Positions 19,301 through 27,916 of a stretch of 64,000 bases of DNA are shown piece after piece. Every line of letters starts with the position of its first letter. Positions within the stretch are counted from its first letter, which is position 1. Under the pieces are notes generated by a model. The model saw nothing but the letters and a program-made list of their open reading frames with translations, searched no databases and was not told the DNA's origin. The DNA comes from an uncultured Oscillospiraceae bacterium (GTDB taxonomy: Bacteria; Bacillota; Clostridia; Oscillospirales; QAMX01): the NCBI GenBank assembly GCA_964461815.1, contig CAYWVF010000014.1, forward strand, positions 1,515 to 65,514. The letters are read 5' to 3'. A program made the position numbers and the translations under genes.

Positions 19301-20719
19301 ATGGAAAAAAAGACAAATGAACTTCGAGAAAAACTGTTTTATTCACGTAAAAACGGCTATGACTTGATAAGCCCGTCGGAGAAAAAGGCGGTGTACAGCT
19401 ATGCCGAGGGTTATAAGAAATATATGACACAGTCGAAGACAGAGCGTAAGGCTGTTACATGTACGATCGAGCTTGCAGAATCAAAGGGATTTGTACCGTA
19501 TACACGCGGCATGAAGCTGAAAGCAGGCGACAGAGTTTACACTGTAAACCGCAATAAATCTATGCTGCTTGCTATCATAGGCACGAAGTCAATGAATGAA
19601 GGTGTAAGAATTGTTGCGTCACATATAGACGCTCCGAGACTCGACCTGAAGCCGATGCCGCTCTACGAGGACGGAAAGGAAATGGCTTACTTCAAGACAC
19701 ATTATTACGGCGGTATCAAGAAGTATCAGTGGGTCACAATGCCGCTCGAGCTCCACGGTGTAGTTGCACTTAAGGACGGAAGCGTAGTTGACGTTGAGGT
19801 AGGCACACGTCCCGATGATCCCGTATTTGTTATCACAGACCTGCTTCCGCATCTCGGCAAGGATCAGGGTGCTAAGACACTCAACGATGCTATCGCAGGT
19901 GAAGGCTTGAATATCCTCATAGGCAGCGTACCCTCCGAATCGGACGAGGAAGGCTCCGACAGAGTAAAGCTTGCAATACTCGAATATTTATATGAAAATT
20001 ACGGCTTTACGGAGGCTGATTTCCTTTCGGCAGAGCTTTCGGCTGTACCTGCATATAAAGCTCGTGATATCGGCTTTGACAGAAGCCTTGTAGGTGCATA
20101 CGGACATGATGACAGAGTGTGTGCTTACGCTTCACTGACAGCACTGTTTGACCAGACGATACCGGAAAAAACATGCGTATGCGTGCTTGCAGACAAGGAA
20201 GAGATCGGTTCTATCGGCACGACGGGTATGCAGTCTGCTGTATTTGATACATTTATTAATGACCTTTGCAAGAACGACAACGCAGAGCTTATGGAGTGCT
20301 TTGAAAAATCAGCCTGCCTTTCTGCCGATGTCACGAATGCATTTGATCCGAATTTCGCAGAGGTTTCCGATACTAAGAACAGTGCATATATAAACTATGG
20401 CGTAGATATGATGAAGTATACAGGCTCCAGAGGAAAGTCCGGCTCGAACGATGCAGATGCAGAATACATTGCTCAGCTCAGAGAAGCATTCGATAAGGAG
20501 AATGTTATCTGGCAGACAAGCGAGCTCGGAAAGGTAGATCAGGGCGGCGGCGGAACAGTTGCAGGCTACATGTCGAACAGAAATATAGATACAGTTGATG
20601 TAGGCGTGCCTGTACTTTCAATGCATGCTCCGTTTGAGGTTATTTCAAAGCTTGACCTGTATATGGCACATAGAGCAATGTCGGCATTTTACGGCATGAA
20701 GGATGTCGAAGAAGAATAA
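19301..20719 (+). CDS. M18-family aminopeptidase; own ATG with GAAAGGAA ribosome-binding site, but in-frame continuation of coaE
   Basis: About 472 aa from MEKKTNEL. HIDAPRLDLKP and later metal-ligand regions typical of M18 aminopeptidase I. Confidence 0.7.
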   Translation: MEKKTNELREKLFYSRKNGYDLISPSEKKAVYSYAEGYKKYMTQSKTERKAVTCTIELAESKGFVPYTRGMKLKAGDRVYTVNRNKSMLLAIIGTKSMNEGVRIVASHIDAPRLDLKPMPLYEDGKEMAYFKTHYYGGIKKYQWVTMPLELHGVVALKDGSVVDVEVGTRPDDPVFVITDLLPHLGKDQGAKTLNDAIAGEGLNILIGSVPSESDEEGSDRVKLAILEYLYENYGFTEADFLSAELSAVPAYKARDIGFDRSLVGAYGHDDRVCAYASLTALFDQTIPEKTCVCVLADKEEIGSIGTTGMQSAVFDTFINDLCKNDNAELMECFEKSACLSADVTNAFDPNFAEVSDTKNSAYINYGVDMMKYTGSRGKSGSNDADAEYIAQLREAFDKENVIWQTSELGKVDQGGGGTVAGYMSNRNIDTVDVGVPVLSMHAPFEVISKLDLYMAHRAMSAFYGMKDVEEE

Positions 20720-20751
20720 TTCCATGAATTTCGAAACGGTGGTGATATCAG

Positions 20752-21648
20752 ATGGAGCACGAGGATATATGTGTTATCCGTATGTGCGATAATCCCGATG
20801 GAGATCTGAATTTCTTCATTACGAAGTACAACACAAAGATTCGTGCCACGCAGAAGCATATGCATGAGTTTATGCAGATAAACTATATCCACAGAGGTAA
20901 GGCTATGCACTGTGTAAACGGGAAAAAATGTGAGGTAGTCAAGGGAGATATATTCGTGATACCGCCGCATGTCGTGCATTACATCGAGCCGTGTGATGAT
21001 ACGGATGCAGAGGTGGTGGAATTTGAATTCACACCGTCATTTATAAACCAGAATTTCGAAAATATAAAAAATGCGGAGGCTTTTCTCGATTTTGCATATA
21101 TAGCACCGTTTCTGGTGGATGAAAGTCTCGTAAAACCGAAATTCAATCTGGTCGGCTCGATACAGACTGAGGTCGAAAGCATACTGAATGAAGCATTGAA
21201 AGAATATGAGGAGCGCAAGCCCGGCTTTGTGCTCCTCGTGAAATCACTGCTTTTGAAGCTGCTGGTAATCGTAGGACGTGAGTTTACAAGCTATGTCGAT
21301 AATTCGAAATCGAAGCCGTTATACGAGAAGCACAGAGGCTTGATACTGGGTTCGATCGAGTATATAGAGCAAAACTACGATAAGGATTTGTCGATAGAAT
21401 TGGTCGCAAAGGAATTTACGCTGTCGCAGTCCTATTTCAGCTACCTGTTCAAGAGCATCACCTCTAAAACATTCACGGAATATCTCAACGGTATACGTAT
21501 TTCAAAGGCTCAGGAGATGCTCAAGCTTACCGATAAGCGTGTTATCGATATATGCTTTGAGGTGGGCTTTCATAACGTGAATCATTTCAACAGGATATTC
21601 AAGCAGATAACAGGTATTTCACCTGTGGTTTACCGCAAAAATAAATGA
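20752..21648 (+). CDS. AraC-family transcriptional regulator (cupin sensor + HTH)
   Basis: C-terminal double HTH_AraC (SQSYFSYLFK...GFHNVNHFNRIFKQITG). Confidence 0.8.
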   Translation: MEHEDICVIRMCDNPDGDLNFFITKYNTKIRATQKHMHEFMQINYIHRGKAMHCVNGKKCEVVKGDIFVIPPHVVHYIEPCDDTDAEVVEFEFTPSFINQNFENIKNAEAFLDFAYIAPFLVDESLVKPKFNLVGSIQTEVESILNEALKEYEERKPGFVLLVKSLLLKLLVIVGREFTSYVDNSKSKPLYEKHRGLILGSIEYIEQNYDKDLSIELVAKEFTLSQSYFSYLFKSITSKTFTEYLNGIRISKAQEMLKLTDKRVIDICFEVGFHNVNHFNRIFKQITGISPVVYRKNK

Positions 21649-21676
21649 AAAAGTTATTGAAAAAATGTCGTAAATG
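21648..21676 (+). promoter_or_regulatory. Sigma-A type promoter upstream of metG
   Basis: TTGAAA, 17-nt spacer, TAGAAT. Confidence 0.45.
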
Positions 21677-21786
21677 GAGTAGAATATTGTTTTAGAACAA
21701 TATGATCTGTTGAGATGACGGATATGCTTAAACAGACATGGAGCTTACATACATAAAAGAGAAAGGAGACTCTGCAAATTTTTGAT

Positions 21787-23742
21787 TTGCAGACAGGTTT
21801 TTCTATGGACAAAGGTAAATATTATATAACTACCGCTATTGCATATACGTCCAGAGTGCCGCACATAGGCAATACCTATGAAGCAGTGCTTGCCGACTCT
21901 ATTGCACGCTACAGACGTATGGAGGGCTATGACGTATATTTTCTGACAGGTACAGATGAGCACGGTCAGAAGATCGAGGATCAGGCTAAGAGCGAGGGCA
22001 GGACTCCCCAGGAGCACGTTGATGAGATCGCAGGAGAGATCCGCAGGATATGGGATTTCATGAACGTAAGCTACGATCAGTTTATAAGAACCTCCGACCC
22101 GAAGCATAAGGACATAGTACAGCGCATATTCAAGAGACTGTACGATCAGGGAGATATCTACAAGGGACATTACGAGGGCTATTACTGTAAGCCGTGCGAG
22201 AGCTTCTTTACCGAAACTCAGGCTGTAGACGGAAAGTGCCCCGACTGCGGAGCTCAGGTTTATAAGGCTACAGAGGAAGCATACTTCTTCAAAATGTCAA
22301 AGTATGCTAAGCGTCTCGAGCAGTATATCGAAGACAATCCGACGTTTATACAGCCGGAGTCACGTAAAAATGAGATGCTTAATAACTTTATTCGTCCCGG
22401 ACTTCAGGATCTGTGCGTATCACGCTCATCCTTTAAGTGGGGCGTTCCGGTGACATTCGATGATAAGCATGTAATCTATGTCTGGATCGATGCACTTTCA
22501 AATTATATAACCGCACTCGATTATAATCCCGATGGTGAGAGCGGTGAGCTGTTCAATAAATATTGGCCTGCGAATGTCCATCTCATAGGCAAAGACATTC
22601 TAAGATTCCATACGATATACTGGCCGATCATGCTTATGGCTCTCGGAGTAGAGCTGCCGAAGCAGGTGTTCGGTCATCCGTGGATGCTCTTCGGTGAGGA
22701 TAAGATGTCAAAGTCAAAGGGCAATACGGTCTATGCAGAGGAGCTTGTAAAGCGCTTCGGCGTTGATGCGGTGCGCTACTATGTGCTCCATGAAATGCCG
22801 TTTGCGGCAGACGGAAGCTTCACATATGATCTTATCGTATCAAGGATCAATTCAGACCTTGCGAATATCCTCGGTAATCTTGTCAGCCGCACGACAGCGA
22901 TGGTGAAGAAATATTTCGACGGTAAGATACCTGCACCCTCCGGAGTTGACGAGGGTACAGACAGTGAGTTTAAGGAGCTGGCTGTATCTACATCCACACG
23001 CACGACAAAGGCGATGGAAAATCTGCATGTTGCCGATGCACTTGATGAGATATGGACACTTCTCCGCCGCTCCAATAAGTATATCGATGAGACAACACCG
23101 TGGATACTTGCAAAGAATAATGATACGGCAAGACTCGGCACGGTATTATATAATCTTATTGAATCTATTCGTATCGCATCGGTGCTCCTTAAGCCGTATC
23201 TGCCGGAGACAGCAGATAAGATACAGGCTCAGATAGGCGCAGATGTAGTGGACTTCGAAAGCACATTCTCATTCGGCGCAACAAAGCCGGGTACAGAGGT
23301 GCAGGACGGAGGACAGCTCTTTACAAGACTCGATGAAAAGGCTATCATGGCTGAGCTTGCCGAAGAGAAGGCTAAGAAGGAAGCTGCGGCAAAGGCCAAG
23401 GAGGAAATGGCAAACGTTGCACAGATATCGATCGATGATTTTGCAAAGGTCGATCTCAGAGTAGCAAAGATCAAAGCGTGTGAGCCTGTGCCGAAGGCTA
23501 AAAAGCTTCTTAAGCTGACGGTCGATGTGGCAGGTGAGGAAAGAACAGTAGTTTCCGGCATCGCACAGTGGTATAAGCCTGAGGATCTCATCGGCAGAAG
23601 CGTTGTTATAGTAGCAAATCTTAAGCCGGCTATGCTTCGCGGAGTCGAGTCAAAGGGTATGATCCTTGCGGCAGACGCAGGTGAGAATGATGTCAAGGTA
23701 ATATTCGTGGATGACGTTCCGAGCGGATCACAGGTGAGATAA
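21787..23742 (+). CDS. metG: Methionine--tRNA ligase with C-terminal EMAP-like tRNA-binding domain
   Basis: HIGNTYEAVLAD (HIGH-class motif), KMSKS present, C-terminal tRNA-binding domain. The track start is a TTG; an ATG at 21805 is an alternative. Confidence 0.9.
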   Translation: MQTGFSMDKGKYYITTAIAYTSRVPHIGNTYEAVLADSIARYRRMEGYDVYFLTGTDEHGQKIEDQAKSEGRTPQEHVDEIAGEIRRIWDFMNVSYDQFIRTSDPKHKDIVQRIFKRLYDQGDIYKGHYEGYYCKPCESFFTETQAVDGKCPDCGAQVYKATEEAYFFKMSKYAKRLEQYIEDNPTFIQPESRKNEMLNNFIRPGLQDLCVSRSSFKWGVPVTFDDKHVIYVWIDALSNYITALDYNPDGESGELFNKYWPANVHLIGKDILRFHTIYWPIMLMALGVELPKQVFGHPWMLFGEDKMSKSKGNTVYAEELVKRFGVDAVRYYVLHEMPFAADGSFTYDLIVSRINSDLANILGNLVSRTTAMVKKYFDGKIPAPSGVDEGTDSEFKELAVSTSTRTTKAMENLHVADALDEIWTLLRRSNKYIDETTPWILAKNNDTARLGTVLYNLIESIRIASVLLKPYLPETADKIQAQIGADVVDFESTFSFGATKPGTEVQDGGQLFTRLDEKAIMAELAEEKAKKEAAAKAKEEMANVAQISIDDFAKVDLRVAKIKACEPVPKAKKLLKLTVDVAGEERTVVSGIAQWYKPEDLIGRSVVIVANLKPAMLRGVESKGMILAADAGENDVKVIFVDDVPSGSQVR

Positions 23743-24509
23743 TGATCCTGTTTGACTCTCATGCACATTACGAAGATGAACGCTTCGATGAGGATAGAGA
23801 CGCACTGCTTGCGTCTCTTCCGAACGAAGGAGTAAAATATATAGCAAATGTAGGCTGTAGCGTGAAGGGCTCACGCTTTGCCGTGGAGCTGGCGGAAAAA
23901 TATGAGCATGTGTATGCGGTGATAGGCGTCCATCCGCATGAAGCGGATGAGCTTGATGATGAGAGCATTGCCGAGCTGGAGAAGCTTTCACTAAACAGTA
24001 AGGTGATCGCAATAGGCGAGATAGGACTTGACTATCATTATGATTTTGCCGCACGTGATGTTCAGCGCAGTGCATATCGCCGTCAGATGGAGCTTGCGAG
24101 AAAGCTCGGTCTTCCCGTGTGCATTCATGATCGTGAGGCACATGAGGAGTGCCTTAACATGGCAAAGGAGTTTCCTGATGTGCCGGGTGTGTTCCACTGC
24201 TATTCGGGAAGCCTCGAAACTGCACATGAGCTTGTGAAGATAGGATATATGCTGGGCTTTACCGGTGTTATCACCTTTAAGAACGCAAAAAAATTCGAGC
24301 CGATAATAAGCTCCCTCCCTTTGGACAGGATCATGATCGAAACCGACTGCCCGTATCTGGCTCCGGAGCCGTTCAGGGGAAGCAGAAACAGCTCGGAATA
24401 TGTCTATCGTGTAGCGGAAAAAATCGCAGAGATAAGATGCATGGACGTCGAGGAAATAGCTGCTATCACCACCGAAAATGCGAAGCGCTTCTACGGAATA
24501 AAGGACTAA
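23742..24509 (+). CDS. tatD: TatD-family metal-dependent hydrolase (DNase)
   Basis: LFDSHAHYED N-terminus and conserved His/Asp/Glu ligands. Overlaps the metG stop (ATGA). Confidence 0.9.
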   Translation: MILFDSHAHYEDERFDEDRDALLASLPNEGVKYIANVGCSVKGSRFAVELAEKYEHVYAVIGVHPHEADELDDESIAELEKLSLNSKVIAIGEIGLDYHYDFAARDVQRSAYRRQMELARKLGLPVCIHDREAHEECLNMAKEFPDVPGVFHCYSGSLETAHELVKIGYMLGFTGVITFKNAKKFEPIISSLPLDRIMIETDCPYLAPEPFRGSRNSSEYVYRVAEKIAEIRCMDVEEIAAITTENAKRFYGIKD

Positions 24510-24762
24510 ACAGACCCAACAGCGAAAATCACAGATGATTTTCACTAAAACTTCACATAAAATACACTAAAACAGCGAAAATCTAATATTTATGATGAAG
24601 TTTAACAAAATGGTAACAAATATAATACAGAATATGATAAAATAAAACAAGCAGCTCATTTTGCCTTGCGGAAAAGCAGGATGAGAGGCAGTGTTTTAAT
24701 TTATAAAACCGGAAAACAAACCACAGAGCGTTAAAAATATATTTAACGGAGGAAAAGTCAAG

Positions 24763-25701
24763 ATGATAGAGGTCACGAACCTGTCTAAGTCTTATGGTGA
24801 CAAGCATGCCGTCAACGACATCAGCTTTACCATTAACAGCGGTGAAGTTGTAGGCTTCCTTGGTCCCAACGGCGCAGGAAAAACAACAACAATGAACATC
24901 ATAACGGGATATCTTTCGGCAACCGACGGTTCTGTAAAGGTAGACGGCATTGATGTGCTGGATAATCCGATCGCTTCAAAGCGTCATATCGGTTATCTGC
25001 CGGAGCATCCGCCGCTTTACATGGATATGACCGTAAATGAGTATCTCGGATTTGCTTATGAGCTCAAGGGAGTAAAGGGTATCTCCAAGAAAAAGCATAT
25101 AAACGAGATATGCGAGAGCGTATCTATTTCACATGTCCGCAACAGAATGATCCGCAATCTGTCAAAGGGCTACAAGCAGCGTGTCGGTCTTGCTATGGCA
25201 CTTATCGGAAACCCCGATGTGCTCATACTGGACGAGCCGACCGTAGGTCTGGATCCGATACAGATTATCGAGATCAGAAATGTTATCAAAGAGCTCGGTA
25301 AGGCAAGAACGGTAGTTCTTTCGAGCCATATTCTTCCCGAGGTTCAGGCTATTTGTGAGCGTGTGCTCGTTATAAACAACGGTACGATCGTAGCTAATGA
25401 TACGCCTGAGAATCTGAGTGCATCGATTTCCGGAGAGCATAAGCTCCTCGTTAGAGTTGCCGGAAATAAGGACAATGTGCAGAATGTTCTTCGCTCCTGT
25501 GAGGGCGTGCGTACTGCAAGCCTCACACGTGACGGCGATGATAATACATGCGAGTTTGTTGTTGAATCAGACCCGAATGTTGACGTAAGAAAGCCGATGT
25601 TCTATGCGTTGGCTAATGCAGGCTGTCCGATTCTCATGCTCAAGCCGCTTGATATGAGCCTTGAGGATATCTTCCTCAAGCTTACAACTGAAGAAAAGTA
25701 A
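24763..25701 (+). CDS. ABC transporter ATP-binding protein (GldA-like, ABC-2 type)
   Basis: Walker A GPNGAGKTT. Signature LSKGYKQRV. Walker B ILDEP. Confidence 0.9.
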   Translation: MIEVTNLSKSYGDKHAVNDISFTINSGEVVGFLGPNGAGKTTTMNIITGYLSATDGSVKVDGIDVLDNPIASKRHIGYLPEHPPLYMDMTVNEYLGFAYELKGVKGISKKKHINEICESVSISHVRNRMIRNLSKGYKQRVGLAMALIGNPDVLILDEPTVGLDPIQIIEIRNVIKELGKARTVVLSSHILPEVQAICERVLVINNGTIVANDTPENLSASISGEHKLLVRVAGNKDNVQNVLRSCEGVRTASLTRDGDDNTCEFVVESDPNVDVRKPMFYALANAGCPILMLKPLDMSLEDIFLKLTTEEK

Positions 25702-25714
25702 GGGGGAAATAAAA

Positions 25715-26419
25715 ATGCTGGCTATTTTCAAACGTGATCTTCGCAGCTATTTCACATCTCCCATAGGCTATGTGTTTATCGCTGTATTCCTTGTAGTATC
25801 AAATCTGTTTTTCTACTTATTAAATGTCCTGAATATGTATTCGGATCTGTCCACACTGTTTTCAAATCTTCTCTTCATCCTCATGTTTATCATTCCGCTT
25901 CTTACGATGCGTCTTATGAGTGAAGAAAAGAAGCAGAAAACAGATCAAATGCTGTTGACAGCACCTGTAAAGATCGCCGATATAGTCGTAGGAAAGTTCC
26001 TTGCAGCTTTAACGGTATTCCTTATCGCACTTGTTTGTACTCTTACATGGCCTCTTATAGTCACGATGTACGGTACACCTGCGGTTTATACGATAATCGG
26101 CAATTACGTTGCGATCATTTTTGCGATCTCCACATTTATAGCTATCGGTCTGTTTATTTCTTCACTTACGGAGAGTCAGATCATCTCGGCTATAGTAAGC
26201 TTTTGCGTATTCCTTGCTATTTATTTCATGAGTTCTCTGGGTTCTGCGCTTGATTCGCCTGTTATCTCCAGCGTGCTCAACTGGTTCAGCATCTTCAGCC
26301 GCTATTCCAACTTTACACTTGGAATCTTCTCATTGGCTGATATAGTCTACTATATAAGCGTGACGGTAGTATTCCTTTTCCTGACGACACGCGTTATAGA
26401 GAAGAAACGCTGGGCATAA
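25715..26419 (+). CDS. ABC-2 family permease (GldF-like)
   Basis: Six TM helices. Start set at MLAIFKRDLRSYF with a GGGGGAAAT ribosome-binding site. Confidence 0.8.
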   Translation: MLAIFKRDLRSYFTSPIGYVFIAVFLVVSNLFFYLLNVLNMYSDLSTLFSNLLFILMFIIPLLTMRLMSEEKKQKTDQMLLTAPVKIADIVVGKFLAALTVFLIALVCTLTWPLIVTMYGTPAVYTIIGNYVAIIFAISTFIAIGLFISSLTESQIISAIVSFCVFLAIYFMSSLGSALDSPVISSVLNWFSIFSRYSNFTLGIFSLADIVYYISVTVVFLFLTTRVIEKKRWA

Positions 26420-26434
26420 TGGAGGAAAAAGACA

Positions 26435-27916
26435 ATGAACAATAATAAAAAGTCTACGCACTTTACGAAAAAGAAATTGCAGTACGGCTCTATTTCGATC
26501 GTGCTGGTCATCGTATTTATTGCATCGGTCGTGCTTGTCAATGCAGGCGTCAGCTATTTGACAGACAGATTCAACCTCAAAGCAGATATCTCAGCTGAGG
26601 GACTCTACGAAGTCAGTGAGCAGACAGAGATAATGCTCAAAAACCTTAGAGAGCCTGTAACAGCCTATATTTTGCTCTCCGAGGATGAAGTAATGGCCAA
26701 TACCGGCTATGCCGAGGCCAATGAGCTGCTCAAACGCTATCAGTCAATGTCAAACGGTATGTTCAACGTTGAGTACGTTGATATCTTAAAGAACCCGACA
26801 TTTACACAGAACTACGAAACAAACGAATCACTTTCACGCGGTACCTTTATCATTGAAAGCTCAAAGCGTTATAAGATAGCATCGCTCTTGGATCTGTATG
26901 AGATATCCTATAATTACGATTCCACGACCGGAAAAACAACACAGTACTACTCCGGCTTCGCAGCAGACCAGAGCTTTGCATCAGCTCTCCATTATGTAAC
27001 GACAGAGGATCTTCCTACAGTTGTAACGATCGTAGGTCATAATGAGTATTACGGCACATCCTTCCTCAATATCTTCACATCAAATAACTACTATGTACAG
27101 GAAGTAAATCTCCTTATGGAGGACATCCCGTCAGATGCAGCTATGATCGTTATCGGAGCTCCGACAACAGATTATACGTCTGAGGAAATAGAGAAGATCG
27201 ATGAATACCTTACGGCATCATACGGAAGCGCTATCGTATTCTCCGATATGATGACAGAGGGAACACCGAATCTCGATCTGTACTTTGAAGAGTGGGGCGT
27301 AAAGTATAATGATGAGATGGCTCTTGACACAACACGTGCAGTATCCAGCCCGATTATGATCGCTCCGCTGCTCGTTGATACAACACTCACAGAGAATCTC
27401 TCACTTTCAACAAATGATATCATCCTTGCTCCTTATTCACGCACAATGGAGCAGCTGTGGACATCCAGAGGCGGACGTACATCCAAAGTTATTCTTCAGA
27501 CATCGGATGATTCCTACGCAAAGGCATACAGCACAGATACGCAGATATCAACATATGAGAAGGAAGCAGACGATACAGCAGGTCCTTTGAATGTTGCTGT
27601 GCTCACCACAATGTCGGAATATAAGAACAATACACGCTATGATGCAAATGTACTCTTCTTCGGTACATCTACAATAGCAAGTGATTCCATGCTCGAAACA
27701 GCATCCTTTGCAAACCTTAAGTTCCTTACAGCTGCGGTAGATTATATGAATCCGATGGTCGATGCAGTATCTATTGAGGCAAGAGACTTTACAAATACAG
27801 AGCTTGTTATTCTCGAGGATCAGGCTAATGTGATTTTCTGGACTCTGATAGTAATTCTTCCGCTCATTGTTCTTGCAATGGGATTCGTAGTATGGATTAA
27901 GAGGAGAAACATGTAA
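26435..27916 (+). CDS. GldG-like ABC-transporter accessory protein
   Basis: 493 aa. N- and C-terminal TM anchors flank a large extracytoplasmic domain. Position follows the ABC-2 permease. Confidence 0.7.
   Translation: MNNNKKSTHFTKKKLQYGSISIVLVIVFIASVVLVNAGVSYLTDRFNLKADISAEGLYEVSEQTEIMLKNLREPVTAYILLSEDEVMANTGYAEANELLKRYQSMSNGMFNVEYVDILKNPTFTQNYETNESLSRGTFIIESSKRYKIASLLDLYEISYNYDSTTGKTTQYYSGFAADQSFASALHYVTTEDLPTVVTIVGHNEYYGTSFLNIFTSNNYYVQEVNLLMEDIPSDAAMIVIGAPTTDYTSEEIEKIDEYLTASYGSAIVFSDMMTEGTPNLDLYFEEWGVKYNDEMALDTTRAVSSPIMIAPLLVDTTLTENLSLSTNDIILAPYSRTMEQLWTSRGGRTSKVILQTSDDSYAKAYSTDTQISTYEKEADDTAGPLNVAVLTTMSEYKNNTRYDANVLFFGTSTIASDSMLETASFANLKFLTAAVDYMNPMVDAVSIEARDFTNTELVILEDQANVIFWTLIVILPLIVLAMGFVVWIKRRNM

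Noticed and set aside
21649-21786. Possible T-box riboswitch upstream of metG
   Set aside because: The leader is only about 110 nt. It lacks a recognisable T-box core (GGGTGGNACCGCG) and a specifier-loop architecture. It is reported instead as a short leader with a palindrome and an RBS-proximal hairpin.
23229-24141. Minus-strand ORFs of 179, 137 and 66 aa
   Set aside because: Antisense to metG and tatD. Ser/Ala-rich low-complexity translations. Not coding.
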